Assembly: GCA_049325335.1 (NCBI GenBank)
Contig: JBMOMC010000001.1
Coordinates: 500,193-564,192, forward strand
Length of the DNA stretch: 64,000 nt
From: Nitrospirota bacterium
GTDB lineage: Bacteria > Nitrospirota > Nitrospiria > 2-01-FULL-66-17
Direction: 5' to 3'
The notes under the pieces were generated by a model. That model saw only the letters and a list, made by a program, of their open reading frames with translations, was not told the origin of the DNA and searched no databases. How positions within the stretch are numbered: the stretch's first letter is position 1; each line of letters opens with the position of its first letter. Below are positions 49,580-59,791 of the stretch, one piece after another. Made by a program: the position numbers and the translations under genes.

Positions 49580-52041
49580 GCGAACCCCATCCGTTTCAGG
49601 TGGCGGTTCACTTTGGTTTCCAGGTCAGCCACACGAGTGACCATCTGCGGCAGCGGGGTTTCGTAGCGTTCGGCCAGCTCCTTCACGCGCTTGGTGAGTG
49701 CCTGGCTGATGCGGTCCATCTCGCCGTGGATCGCGGCGTCGAGCGCTGCGAGCCACTTGTCGTCGACCACCAGCGTCTTGATCTCAGACTCAGTGAGCTT
49801 CAGGTATTTCGCGTAGGCCTTGGCGTCGAGCGCGGCCTCGGCATCTTTGAGGCGCTTCTTGATGTCGGCCTCCTGGGCGCTGAGAGTCAGCCACATAAGG
49901 AGGATTTCCGCGTCTGAGGTAGCTCCATTGCCGTACGGTCCGGGAGCTTCTGCCGCCATCGGCAACTTCTCAGTCGTGGACGTGCTGTGGGAGTTTTCGT
50001 CTTCTTCCTGAAGGTCTTTCAACCGAGCGGCGACATTGGCTCTATTCACCTTGTCCAGTTCTGAAAATGCGCTTTCTTCGCCGCCATGCTCTTCTTCCAG
50101 CTCGGTCATGCGAGCGGTGACGCTCTCCAGCTCGGCGGCGAGGTTATCGATCGCTTCCTGCTCCTTGGCAAAGTAGTGGGCGACGATGAGGGCCTTCGGC
50201 ACAAGGTCACACGTCCAGCCTTTGTCCTTCTCCTTGCCCTTCTTGTCTTTCTCGATGATGCGGTAGGCCTCGGCCTTCCAGCCGTCGGTGGCGATGAGGT
50301 AGCAATCGTCTTGCATGGTGTCCGCCCAGTAGTCCATGACGTGCTGGTAGACATCGTATTTGTCGATGAGTGGTTTGTCCGTGTAGTGGGCGAGCAGGTC
50401 TTCGGACGATGCGGTCATGACTTCCTTCGGATGGCAGCCGGCTTTCAACTGCCGCAATGTCTTGGCGCTCTTCTGCCGCCAGACTTCGAAATGCGCGTTC
50501 ATGCTCGCAATGAAAGCCGCGAACTCGGGGTGCTCGTAGATCGTGGACTTGATCGCTGCCTTGTCCACGGCGAGGTCGACGTAACCAGGGCGGTTTGCCT
50601 TGAACAAGACATGACGGAGCTGCGGGCAGACGGCCCAATAACGATCGAGAGCATCGACATCTGTAACAGGGATGCCGCCCTTCAAGTGGCCTTCGATGTC
50701 CTGGAGATCCTCGGGCTCGGTGCTGTCGATGTAGCGCGGAAGGTTCAGGTTGAACTCGTTTTTCTCGATTTCCTCAACGGAGACCATACGGGAGTATTTG
50801 GGGCCTTCGAGTCGCTTATTGAAGACATCGACGATTTTATGGATGTCCTGTGCGCGCAGACGGTTCTTGGGGCCGTCCTTCATGAAACCGCGGCTCGCGT
50901 CGATCATGAAGATGCCCTTGCGGGCGTGAGCGTTTTGCTTGTCGATGACGACAACGCAGGCTGGGATACCGGTGCCGTAAAAGAGATTGGCGGGCAGGCC
51001 GATGATGCCGGTGATGTACCCCTTGCGCACCAAATTGCGGCGAATGTCGGCCTCGACATTGCCGCGGAACAGCACGCCGTGGGGCAGGATGCACGCGCCT
51101 TTGCCGGTGGATCTCAGCGAGCGAACAATGTGCAGCAGATAGGCGTAGTCACCCTGCTTGTTGGGCGGCACGCCGAAGTGCTTGAAGCGCTCATAGGGGT
51201 CGTCCAGCGGATGGAGGCCGGTGCTCCAACGCTTGTCGGAAAACGGCGGATTAGCCACGACGTAGTCGAATGTCTTGAGCGTGTCGCCGTCTTTGAACTT
51301 TGGATCGGCCAATGTGTTGCCTTGGACGATCAGCGCGGTGGGATTGTTGTGCAGGATCATGTTCATGCGGGCAAGACCGCTGGTGGCCGCGTCCTTTTCC
51401 TGGCCATACAGCGTCACCGGCGTGCGCGCCTCATCGGCGACTTTGAGCAACAACGAGCCGGAGCCGCAGGTAGGGTCGTAGACCGTGGTATCAGGACTCG
51501 TCTTGGCTTCGCGGATGCCGAGGATTTGCGCGATGATGCGGCTGACTTCGGCGGGCGTGTAGAACTGGCCCTTGCTCTTGCCACTTTCCGTGGCGAAGTG
51601 CCGCATGAGGTATTCGTAGGCATCGCCCAAGATGTCATCGCCTTCCGCACGGTTCTTGGAGAAGTCGAGTGCGGGGTTTTCGAAGATGGCGATGAGATTA
51701 GTGAGCCGATCGACCTTTTCCTTCCCATCGCCGAGCTTGGCCGAGTCATTGAAGTCGGGGAAATCGGACAGCTTATTGGCGTTGGCCAGCGGCCCGATGA
51801 TCTTCTTGTTGATCTGATCACCGATGTCCGACTTGCCCTTCAAGGCGACCATGTCCTTGAAGCTGGCCCCCTTGGGAATCGTGATCGGGGCGTACGGAAC
51901 GCCAGCGTATTTGTCACTGATGTACTTGATGAACAGCAGGACGAGGACGTAGTCCTTGTACTGGCTGGCGTCCATGCCGCCACGCAGCTCGTCGCAGCTT
52001 GCCCAAAGCGAGCCGTAAAGTTCGGATTTCTTAATCGCCAT
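49570..52041 (-). CDS. hsdM: Type I N6-adenine methyltransferase subunit M
   Basis: GQFYTP, DPTCGSG, VANPPF, LPHGVLFRG. Confidence 0.96.
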   Translation of the reverse strand: MAIKKSELYGSLWASCDELRGGMDASQYKDYVLVLLFIKYISDKYAGVPYAPITIPKGASFKDMVALKGKSDIGDQINKKIIGPLANANKLSDFPDFNDSAKLGDGKEKVDRLTNLIAIFENPALDFSKNRAEGDDILGDAYEYLMRHFATESGKSKGQFYTPAEVSRIIAQILGIREAKTSPDTTVYDPTCGSGSLLLKVADEARTPVTLYGQEKDAATSGLARMNMILHNNPTALIVQGNTLADPKFKDGDTLKTFDYVVANPPFSDKRWSTGLHPLDDPYERFKHFGVPPNKQGDYAYLLHIVRSLRSTGKGACILPHGVLFRGNVEADIRRNLVRKGYITGIIGLPANLFYGTGIPACVVVIDKQNAHARKGIFMIDASRGFMKDGPKNRLRAQDIHKIVDVFNKRLEGPKYSRMVSVEEIEKNEFNLNLPRYIDSTEPEDLQDIEGHLKGGIPVTDVDALDRYWAVCPQLRHVLFKANRPGYVDLAVDKAAIKSTIYEHPEFAAFIASMNAHFEVWRQKSAKTLRQLKAGCHPKEVMTASSEDLLAHYTDKPLIDKYDVYQHVMDYWADTMQDDCYLIATDGWKAEAYRIIEKDKKGKEKDKGWTCDLVPKALIVAHYFAKEQEAIDNLAAELESVTARMTELEEEHGGEESAFSELDKVNRANVAARLKDLQEEDENSHSTSTTEKLPMAAEAPGPYGNGATSDAEILLMWLTLSAQEADIKKRLKDAEAALDAKAYAKYLKLTESEIKTLVVDDKWLAALDAAIHGEMDRISQALTKRVKELAERYETPLPQMVTRVADLETKVNRHLKRMGFAWK

Positions 52042-52091
52042 CGACTACTCGCCTCACCTGCGGTGTCTCCAAACCTAGGACCGTGCGCTGT

Positions 52092-53018
52092 TCAGCCGCG
52101 GAATACCGCGTCCCCGTGCCATTCAAGGAACTCTCGATTGGGAAGATCGACTGCACGCGGCGGCACCCATATCTGCTGGCCATTCAGCTTGTAGTAGTGT
52201 TCGCCGTTGTCGAAATCCCTTTTGAGTCGGTGACTGACGAGGAACTTATATTCCGGCGTGACCGTGACATACCCTCGGTCAAAGAGGGTATGCACGTCTG
52301 AGCGAAGCAAGAGGCCATTTCCGACCTCATGCCTTCCGCTGTTCGCCACCGGTTTGATGTGCGCGGCCTCCAGCACTGGCAGCGCTTTTTCCCGCGTTAC
52401 CGCGCAGCGGCGCTGGTAGATATCCGTGACGAGGATCCGGAAACTTCCCTGACCCAACCGCGGGCGAACGAGAATGGGCTCGCCATACACCGGCCGCTCG
52501 CCCTCAGCAACGTAAAGGGCCTTACCACTTGTCGCGGACAGCACTGCCTCGATACGCGCCCAGAGTTCCTTGCCTGAGCCCTGACGCACGTCGTACGTTT
52601 TACCCTGCACGATATTCTTTGCAAAGTCGCTCGGCACTGGGATCCAGTCACGTTCGCCCAGAAAGAACGGCTGTTCCAAGATGATGCAGCCGACCTTGTA
52701 GTCCTCGTGCGGGTCTGGTTTGGTCCGGCGGAACTTCTCAATCCCCTTTCGCATCTGCTCCAGCGTAGCGGCCCCATTCTTCTCGCCGAAAGCATCCCAG
52801 GCGAGACTCGAGGGCAGGATTGACGAGTGGGCAAAGAAACCGCCCCCAACGATGAAGTGTTCCGGGTAGTGGAGCTTGAAGAGGAACGGCTCGCCCGGTT
52901 GAAGGGCGCTGAAGGCACGGTTTCCGCCCGGCTGCCAGAAGTTGACTTCGTCCAGGCCCGGACGCGCGCTCAGAAACCGAAACCAGTCCCCGTCGGTTAC
53001 CGCCACATACGCCTTCAT
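52092..53018 (-). CDS. HNH endonuclease (putative type IV restriction enzyme)
   Basis: 'RLGQGSFR', 'CAVT', 'EAAHIKP', 'NGLLLRSDVHTLFDRG'; N-terminal 'EVNFWQP' domain. Confidence 0.85.
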   Translation of the reverse strand: MKAYVAVTDGDWFRFLSARPGLDEVNFWQPGGNRAFSALQPGEPFLFKLHYPEHFIVGGGFFAHSSILPSSLAWDAFGEKNGAATLEQMRKGIEKFRRTKPDPHEDYKVGCIILEQPFFLGERDWIPVPSDFAKNIVQGKTYDVRQGSGKELWARIEAVLSATSGKALYVAEGERPVYGEPILVRPRLGQGSFRILVTDIYQRRCAVTREKALPVLEAAHIKPVANSGRHEVGNGLLLRSDVHTLFDRGYVTVTPEYKFLVSHRLKRDFDNGEHYYKLNGQQIWVPPRAVDLPNREFLEWHGDAVFRG

Positions 53019-53197
53019 CGCATTCCCGGAAACAGAGGGTAAGGCCAGATCTCGCTTCGACGCGTCGGCGTCGTCCCGTGCGTTCCCCTATCTTTGCCGA
53101 ACACTATTGCACGTCAGGAACCGTGTGTTTCTCTTCGTAATCAGGTCTAGAATAGTCCCCGTCACTGCGGACGACGACCAGCACTGGTGATCACCCG

Positions 53198-53497
53198 TTA
53201 TCCCGCCCGACGGACTTTCATGGCCACGTCGATCCGTGAGCCAAGCCGGTTAATGATCCCCATGAGGCGATCCACGGTGAACCGCCCAAGATCGGCGTTG
53301 CGAATGCGCGAAAAGTCCGCCGCGGCAATGCCGGTGCGGGCGTGCGCTTTCCGCACGCTTAATTTCTCGCGATCAAGCATTTTGATGATCTCGGCGGCAA
53401 GGAGCGCCTTGAAATGCTCGCTATCCGCGTTCTTCTTTTTGAGATCGCGGTAGACATTGCCGCTTCCGCGGATGATCTTCAACTCGTCCTTTTTCAT
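53198..53497 (-). CDS. XRE/HTH antitoxin-like protein (HigA-type), orphan
   Basis: 'RGSGNVYRDL', 'KALLAAEIIK', 'ADFSRIR', 'RFTVDRL'. Confidence 0.85.
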   Translation of the reverse strand: MKKDELKIIRGSGNVYRDLKKKNADSEHFKALLAAEIIKMLDREKLSVRKAHARTGIAAADFSRIRNADLGRFTVDRLMGIINRLGSRIDVAMKVRRAG

Positions 53498-53523
53498 CGC
53501 AACTTTTTCCTCAATCGTTTCAG
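53494..53523 (-). pseudogene. Possible 3' remnant of a RelE/Gp49-type toxin
   Basis: LKRLRKKLR* ends in an ATGA overlap with the antitoxin start; no intact toxin upstream. Confidence 0.4.
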
Positions 53524-53786
53524 ACTCCTTCCGAGCTCTCCGAGTCCACGAAATCGGCCCGGTCGGCGGCGTCATGTGCTTGTTATTTTGGTAGTGTCGT
53601 CATGTGTGACAACGGATGTCAAGCCCCTCCCATCCACTCCCGTCAACAGGCTCCTCCCAGATGACGTGATGATATGTCAAAATCCTTACACTCAATCTAA
53701 GTAATTTGCATGAAGGGGATCATCGCACCGACCCGAATTGATTCCGGGCGAATGGAGCGTACACTGTTCGCCTGAGTGGACAACAG

Positions 53787-54179
53787 ATGACTAATTCGGC
53801 GACAGCATTCCATTTTGCTCCATCACGTTCGCTCCTTCGCCGCCGCGCGGGGAGGCTCGCCGTGGCCTTTGGTCTCCTGATCGCCGCTGTGTGGGTGGTC
53901 GGCGGGGTGTTCCATCAGGACCTCCTCGCCGGCTTGCTTGTGATCACGGCGATCGGCGTGGGCGGGTTCCTTCTCGCGACGGTCACCCAACTGCTGATAG
54001 GCAAGGTGCCGACCGCAGAATCTCGGGCACCCGGCTTCGACTGGGACGAAGAGAGAGACAGAAATCCGTTTATCCCGGGAACGAAGGCATACTGGAATTA
54101 CGGCCAGGAACTCCTCGATCGCGACCGCGACGATCAGCGTTCGACGCGCTCCAGCGCCTTCAAACGCGATTCCGGATAG
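53787..54179 (+). CDS. Hypothetical membrane protein (2 TM helices)
   Basis: 130 aa ORF with two hydrophobic segments. Confidence 0.55.
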   Translation: MTNSATAFHFAPSRSLLRRRAGRLAVAFGLLIAAVWVVGGVFHQDLLAGLLVITAIGVGGFLLATVTQLLIGKVPTAESRAPGFDWDEERDRNPFIPGTKAYWNYGQELLDRDRDDQRSTRSSAFKRDSG

Positions 54180-54699
54180 AAGTTCAGGATGCGGAGCCGT
54201 TTCCTGAAACAACTCCTCCGGCTCGAGAACGCGCTCATAGATCGGTCGCTGCTCAGATCCGCGACGTATTGTTCAAACAACCAATCCAACTCGCGGTGTT
54301 CAGTCCCCGGCCCAATCCCCATCCCACGCTCCAAGCCGAAGTATTAACGGGTCACGTCCGACAGGGTGTCGCATGCCACCCCACTCTGCACGTGTGGGCC
54401 GGGCGTCCTGCAGAGGATGGCCGTTCCGATCGACCGAAGGAGCGGATCATGGTCCGGCGCGACACCAGAACGATCGATCCATCGCGGTCGCGCGGGCGAG
54501 ACACCTCTTCGCGCAGGACTATCAGCAATCGACCATTCCCGGCAAAGGGTGGCGACGTTTCTGGCGCGCGATGCCGGGCTCGTCTCGCGGATGAGGCGGA
54601 TGGATGAGGCCGAGCGGGCGCAGGCTTCCCCGTTGCTCGGGTGAAAGTCAAGGAGTCAAGCTTGACCAGGTACCGTTCCCCAACTATTCCTGCGCGATA

Positions 54700-57600
54700 T
54701 TAGAGAACGAGTAGCGACACGTCGAACGCATTGGGACCTCTCATAGTAAATCCGATCTTAAAGCTTACGCGCGTTCCCCTGGTAAGCATCTTCCAGGCAC
54801 TCTCGTCGATATTATTGCAGTGGGCATATATCCAGTCATTCAGACCATCACGAGCTATAAAGCAATAAGTTGCCTCTAAGCGCGCAACCTGACCTGTAAA
54901 TGACTGGTCCATTGGATATAAGAGTTTATCTCTAACGTCTGGGTTAATTCGAGCATTGCCAAGCCGACGAAAAACCTCTTTGCTTTCGTCAACCTCCCCA
55001 TTAAGGAACAGCTGCCTCCCATACAGTAACTGGGCGTCGTAATTGTTGTCTCCGTCGGTAAATGATCTCCGCAGATGATAGACGAGGACCTCATGGGCTG
55101 CTCCACCTTTAGCAATCAGAAGTCTGGCATAGGCATAGTGCAGTCGGCGCTCCCCTGGATTCGCCTCGAGCGCCTTTGTGAGTATCTGTTCAGAGCGTTG
55201 GAAGTCGTTATGCTGTTTATAGTAATTTGCTAATCGCAGTGCTATGAACGTGCTGCGTGGATTTCCGTCGAAAGCCTTCTCCAGCGCCTGAAGAACTCGA
55301 CCGGCGTCGTCGAGGATCTTTGCGAGTTGCGCTTCCGCATCAAGCAAATATGGATGAGTAGGAAAGAGTTGGAGTCCTTCCGATAAATTCCGCTCAGTAT
55401 CTTTCACTAGAGCCTCAGCGGCCGTCTCAGATATAGCCTCGCCAGGCTGCTCTATGAGATCCTTAAGTCTCATTAAACCGATCTTGACCAAAGTATGATG
55501 GACGTAGCCTTCACCGCTCCCTAGTGGTGTCAGGGATTGGACGATTGATGTCGCTTCCGAAAGCAGCTTTTCGCGCTCAAGCGGTGTTCTTGCCGTGTCC
55601 GCCAACCGCAAGCGAAGTTCTGCCATCGAATGCTTTACGGCTACAGCCAGGTCTGGATACGCTGACTGCAACGCCTTGCTCAACGATTCACTAGCTGCTT
55701 GAAGATTGCCATTGGGTCTGTGCATCTCATATAACGCCTTCTGGTGTGACAGGTATGGGTCGTCGCCAGCGATGCGTTTTGCCACCTCTAACACACCTTT
55801 GGCGAGCTCATGATTTGGAAAGAGTTCAATGAGGAGTCGCCCCCTTACCATTTGGCGATATGCCGATCTGTCTGCTGAATAATCTATGTTTAACGCCCCC
55901 AGAGATTTGATATAAGCGTCGTATCGTTCTTCCTGGAGGCGAAGCATTCGGTTAAAGACGATCTGAGCAATGAGGGGATGTCTTGCTCGGTATGTGTAAT
56001 CACGAATGATAGGGTCTTTGTCCACCTGCACCACATGCTCGAGGGGCCCGAACAGACGCGCCCTGAATTCATCAAAAGGGACATCATGAATTCGGGACAC
56101 GATGCCGGCACGAACACGAACGTTCAGACGATTCAGTGTACAGATCGTTAGATAAATTTGTTGTGCTTCAAGAGGCAGGATGCTTCTGTATTCGTCTTCG
56201 ATAATATCTTCGAATGGCTTTCCCAACGTTGCCTCGTGAAGCGCTACTAAGAGCTGACGGCCCGCACGTTCGGATAACGCTAATCGTCGACTGTTTAGGT
56301 CTAGATGGGTAAGAGTGCCAAGGGCGTTGTGGCGCTCGAGTAGAGACAGAAGAGAGTCGATTTCCTTTACCGAAAGATAACGGAGTTCGTGGACGGTACT
56401 AATCAACGGCGCAAGTGCCGCGCAGGAAACGTTCCACTCATTAGTCCGCTCAGCAAGTATGACTGTAAGGTGCTTTCCCTCAGGGCCAATAGTCTTGGAT
56501 AGAGATTGAATCTCGCGAGCACGATCAGCCGCGTTATCAACAAACAGGTAGATGCGCTCTTTACAAAGAGATATTAGTTCCTGAAGCGCTTGAGCGTTAA
56601 TAACACCATATGGTCTCAAGTAAAGACAGAGGCAATCGTAGTCGTGCGTTGCATCCCAGGCGATCCGTCGAAGCAATACCGACTTTCCTGCCCCAGCATG
56701 AGCTTTGATTAAGATTAGTTCTAGTCCCTGACGATGTTCGGCCTCATTAATCAAGAAGTGATCTGAAAGGAGGGTATCTGCTAAGTGACGGCGAACATCG
56801 AGCTGCTGCTCAATTGCGGACCAACCAAGATTGACTCCCTTATAAAAGTCGCTCGGAGTGACCGTCTCGGTAGACGTAACACTCTTTACGTACTCCACAT
56901 CTGTTTGGAGGAATTGTTCACAGGGTTTACTTAGAACAAAATCTCGCGTTTTGAATCGTTCGAATATGGGAAGCGCGGTATCCCGTACCAGGACAGCCAA
57001 CCCCCGAAACTCAGCCGGGATGGTAGAATCAAGCGCCTGAAGAAACTCCTCGAAAGTGCCCTGCAATGGAGAAATCCTTTTCGCCTCCCAAAATCGTCTC
57101 TGTACATCGTCGACCCGTGGAACCACCGCGTAGTACCTCGGTCGCCTTTCCCCTAGTTGGGTCATTTCCAGCAGAATTGCGCGAAGGTCTGGGTCCTGCA
57201 AGCTGTGACCGATAAACACCAGAGGAAGCTCATACGCCCACTCCCTCAGGTGACTGAAAATACGGCTCCGGCCTTTTAAATATTCAATATATTGGTCAGT
57301 TGTAAGGATGAGAGGGCATTCCGGATTGGCGGTTCTAGTAATACAGCCGTGCAGTTTTAGTAGCATCACACTTCTAGGATCCCGAAGGTGTTCTTCCACC
57401 CGGTCGCCGTTTTCTATGAACGGCTTCGGAACCTGAACGGCAGCGGGTGTTGTTTCGTATGCTTGTTCTATAAGGCGATCATAGTTTGTAGTGGCAAGGC
57501 CCCGCCAGGTAAACGTACACATCAATTGGTGTGCTGGTGTGGGCTTGAAAACCTCGAAAAGTTTACGAATATATTCCTGGACTGTGACGAGGTCGGTCTC

Positions 57601-57807
57601 ACTGATTGCGTATTCTGCGATCTGGTTAAGCGGTAGGTCCTGGTATTTTCCTCCCAGGAATGTTTTCGACAGCATTAGGCCGAGGTCCCGGCCACTCGGA
57701 GGGGGCCTTCCGTGGTCGTCCTGAGCGCCCATAGAAGCCCCCGCGCCAAGGATTAACACGACCTTACCCTGTTGAACGTGAGTTTGGAGGATACTCGGTA
57801 TTTCCAT
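54700..57807 (-). CDS. SIR2-like NADase + P-loop NTPase + TPR + cold-shock domain protein (AVAST/Avs5-like defence)
   Basis: LGAGAS, TTNYD, KLHG, FIGHSLQD; AHAGAGKS Walker A, LFVDN Walker B; helical repeats; C-terminal 'GQVARL...YCFI...VSFKIGF..RGPNAFDV'. Confidence 0.85.
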   Translation of the reverse strand: MEIPSILQTHVQQGKVVLILGAGASMGAQDDHGRPPPSGRDLGLMLSKTFLGGKYQDLPLNQIAEYAISETDLVTVQEYIRKLFEVFKPTPAHQLMCTFTWRGLATTNYDRLIEQAYETTPAAVQVPKPFIENGDRVEEHLRDPRSVMLLKLHGCITRTANPECPLILTTDQYIEYLKGRSRIFSHLREWAYELPLVFIGHSLQDPDLRAILLEMTQLGERRPRYYAVVPRVDDVQRRFWEAKRISPLQGTFEEFLQALDSTIPAEFRGLAVLVRDTALPIFERFKTRDFVLSKPCEQFLQTDVEYVKSVTSTETVTPSDFYKGVNLGWSAIEQQLDVRRHLADTLLSDHFLINEAEHRQGLELILIKAHAGAGKSVLLRRIAWDATHDYDCLCLYLRPYGVINAQALQELISLCKERIYLFVDNAADRAREIQSLSKTIGPEGKHLTVILAERTNEWNVSCAALAPLISTVHELRYLSVKEIDSLLSLLERHNALGTLTHLDLNSRRLALSERAGRQLLVALHEATLGKPFEDIIEDEYRSILPLEAQQIYLTICTLNRLNVRVRAGIVSRIHDVPFDEFRARLFGPLEHVVQVDKDPIIRDYTYRARHPLIAQIVFNRMLRLQEERYDAYIKSLGALNIDYSADRSAYRQMVRGRLLIELFPNHELAKGVLEVAKRIAGDDPYLSHQKALYEMHRPNGNLQAASESLSKALQSAYPDLAVAVKHSMAELRLRLADTARTPLEREKLLSEATSIVQSLTPLGSGEGYVHHTLVKIGLMRLKDLIEQPGEAISETAAEALVKDTERNLSEGLQLFPTHPYLLDAEAQLAKILDDAGRVLQALEKAFDGNPRSTFIALRLANYYKQHNDFQRSEQILTKALEANPGERRLHYAYARLLIAKGGAAHEVLVYHLRRSFTDGDNNYDAQLLYGRQLFLNGEVDESKEVFRRLGNARINPDVRDKLLYPMDQSFTGQVARLEATYCFIARDGLNDWIYAHCNNIDESAWKMLTRGTRVSFKIGFTMRGPNAFDVSLLVL

Positions 57808-58364
57808 ATGACGAGACTCGCTAGGGGGAAGGTCTGTAGTCTGTCGACTACGTCAGTGGCCCATTAAAGAGGCACCGTGGGTGAATCAGCGTTTGATGAA
57901 ACCAGAGCTTAGGTGTCGAGTCTTGAGGAACGGTACGTCCGCCGTGGGAAACCGTGCAACCTCGGCAGCGATCGACTTCCGGGACCGTAGCACAATATCC
58001 GGCCGATGCGCAAGTCGGGGGCTTCATGATCAGAAAATCAAGAGGGGCAGTTGGAGTTGCTCCCCGCCCCTCTTGAAATTCGTCGTCTCTTTCATATTGA
58101 TTACCCCAGCGCGTTCAGTGCCAACCCTGACTTCTCACCCGATCTGTTGCGCCGTCATGCTGTGATGGCCCGGATCTTCTCGTCCTGGCCATTGGCCTTG
58201 TGGATCGTCACCTCCACCGGCTTGCCAGACGCCAACGTCCAGAGGCCGCTGATGCTCTTCCCGGAGCAAAGCATAGCGTCGGACGCAAACTGGGATTCCA
58301 TTCCAATCTCCCCGTTGGGTCCGGCTCCACGACTGGACAACCGTTCCCCTGGGTCTCGAATGCG

Positions 58365-59564
58365 TTATGGCGCACACCGGTCCCAATCCCACCAAGACAG
58401 CGGACGCATCGCCTCTTCCTTGGTATCGAGTACTGAGGGCGGATTTTCACAGAGCGGATCAATCCGGTCGGCCTGCTGGCGGGCCCACACCGTCCAGTTC
58501 ACCTGCTCGTCGTTGGGTGTCCCGCTTGCGCGCACCTTGGCTTCAAACGCGTCGACATAGGCCCGGATGGTCCGCGCCCGCTGCCAGGCCTGCGCATCCT
58601 TTTCCAACTTGGTGACGGCCTGCCGTTCCTGTTCAACGCGCAGGCGCAGCGCTGCGCGACCGTCCTGCTCCGCTTGGAAGCGGCGCTTTCGCTCTTCCCG
58701 CTTTAACCGTTCGGCCGTGAGCCAAGCCGCCATCTGGACGAGGTTCACAATCACTTGATTCAGGCAATCCTCAATGCGCTGGTGGCGACCGTCAGACCAG
58801 TTTGAGCGCAGGCCCGAGCCGTAGCCGCCATCCAGTTTCAACGTCAGCTCTCCCGTGGGCACATAGTCGTACTTTGGTGCTGAAGACCAGCGGGACCGCT
58901 CGAGGTCGGCGCGCTCGCGCGCGGTCAGTTCGTGGGCCTGACGTCGGAGGCGCTCTTCGATCGACAGGCCCAAGGTCTCGCCGTTGACGATCAGCTTTGC
59001 TTGGCTCCGGTCCTGCGGCGTCCCCGCTTTGATCAGAAACCCCCGGGTCACACAGGATTTGACCAGTGCGTCGATGATACGCAGCACGCGTCCAACGGTG
59101 AGGCGCCGGACGCGCACGTAAAATGCCCCATGGTCGTGGCATTTGAGCATCCCGTAGTCGTCGAGCCTCCCGGCTCTGAGTGCGTGTCTGGTGATCTGCG
59201 TCACTTCATGAGGCCGTTCCAGCGTCTCCGGCACAACGATTCGGTTCTCGGGGTTCTCTTCCGCCTGCGCCTGCTGGACGACACTCGGCGGCACGCTTTC
59301 GTCGTTCGCTGCCACCCGTGGACGGACGGTAATGTTGATCATGGGCGCCTGGCCGGTACGAGGAAGAGGCGGTTGTTTGACCCGCATGCCCGCCTGCAGC
59401 ATCTGCCAATAGCCACGGCCGGGCACGGGGATCCAGTGCTTCCGGCAGATCTTCTTGAGGCCGACATCGGACAGATGAAAGCGTGCCGCGGCCTTGGTCA
59501 TGGGCTCGGCCCACACCAGGGCATAGAGCTCTTCGCGGGAGAGACGCTTCATCTCAGGTTGCAT
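58365..59564 (-). CDS. Island-associated hypothetical protein with N-terminal HTH-like motif
   Basis: 399 aa; 'SREELYALVW...SDVGLKKIC....IPVPGRGYW'; C-terminal 'WARQQADRIDPL'. Confidence 0.75.
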   Translation of the reverse strand: MQPEMKRLSREELYALVWAEPMTKAAARFHLSDVGLKKICRKHWIPVPGRGYWQMLQAGMRVKQPPLPRTGQAPMINITVRPRVAANDESVPPSVVQQAQAEENPENRIVVPETLERPHEVTQITRHALRAGRLDDYGMLKCHDHGAFYVRVRRLTVGRVLRIIDALVKSCVTRGFLIKAGTPQDRSQAKLIVNGETLGLSIEERLRRQAHELTARERADLERSRWSSAPKYDYVPTGELTLKLDGGYGSGLRSNWSDGRHQRIEDCLNQVIVNLVQMAAWLTAERLKREERKRRFQAEQDGRAALRLRVEQERQAVTKLEKDAQAWQRARTIRAYVDAFEAKVRASGTPNDEQVNWTVWARQQADRIDPLCENPPSVLDTKEEAMRPLSWWDWDRCAP

Positions 59565-59791
59565 CTGCCGGGAGCTACCAATACGCTCGAAAGGAAACGA
59601 ACTGGGGCCGAATTTTACAACATTTCGTAGCTGGTTGGACCGAATTGACCAATCAGGACGATCGACCTACTGACACCGGGTTGAAGCATTAAAGAATGGC
59701 TTTGGACACGGTGTCATTCACCATTCCAATCTGCACGCGTGGGTCTGGCGTTCATCATCGGCCGCTTGTATCGATCGCGGCCGCGTCCTCG

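Noticed and set aside
50086..52194. 702-aa plus-strand ORF, and similar long antisense ORFs (e.g. 19994-21706, 11783-13162, 22890-24383, 33058-34512)
   Set aside because: Shadow ORFs antisense to well-supported genes, expected in high-GC DNA; no motifs
54134..54651. Short ORFs between the membrane protein and the SIR2 gene
   Set aside because: No motif support; left unannotated
58051..58560. Small ORFs between the SIR2 gene and the 399-aa gene
   Set aside because: No recognisable motif or convincing RBS; cannot choose among overlapping frames
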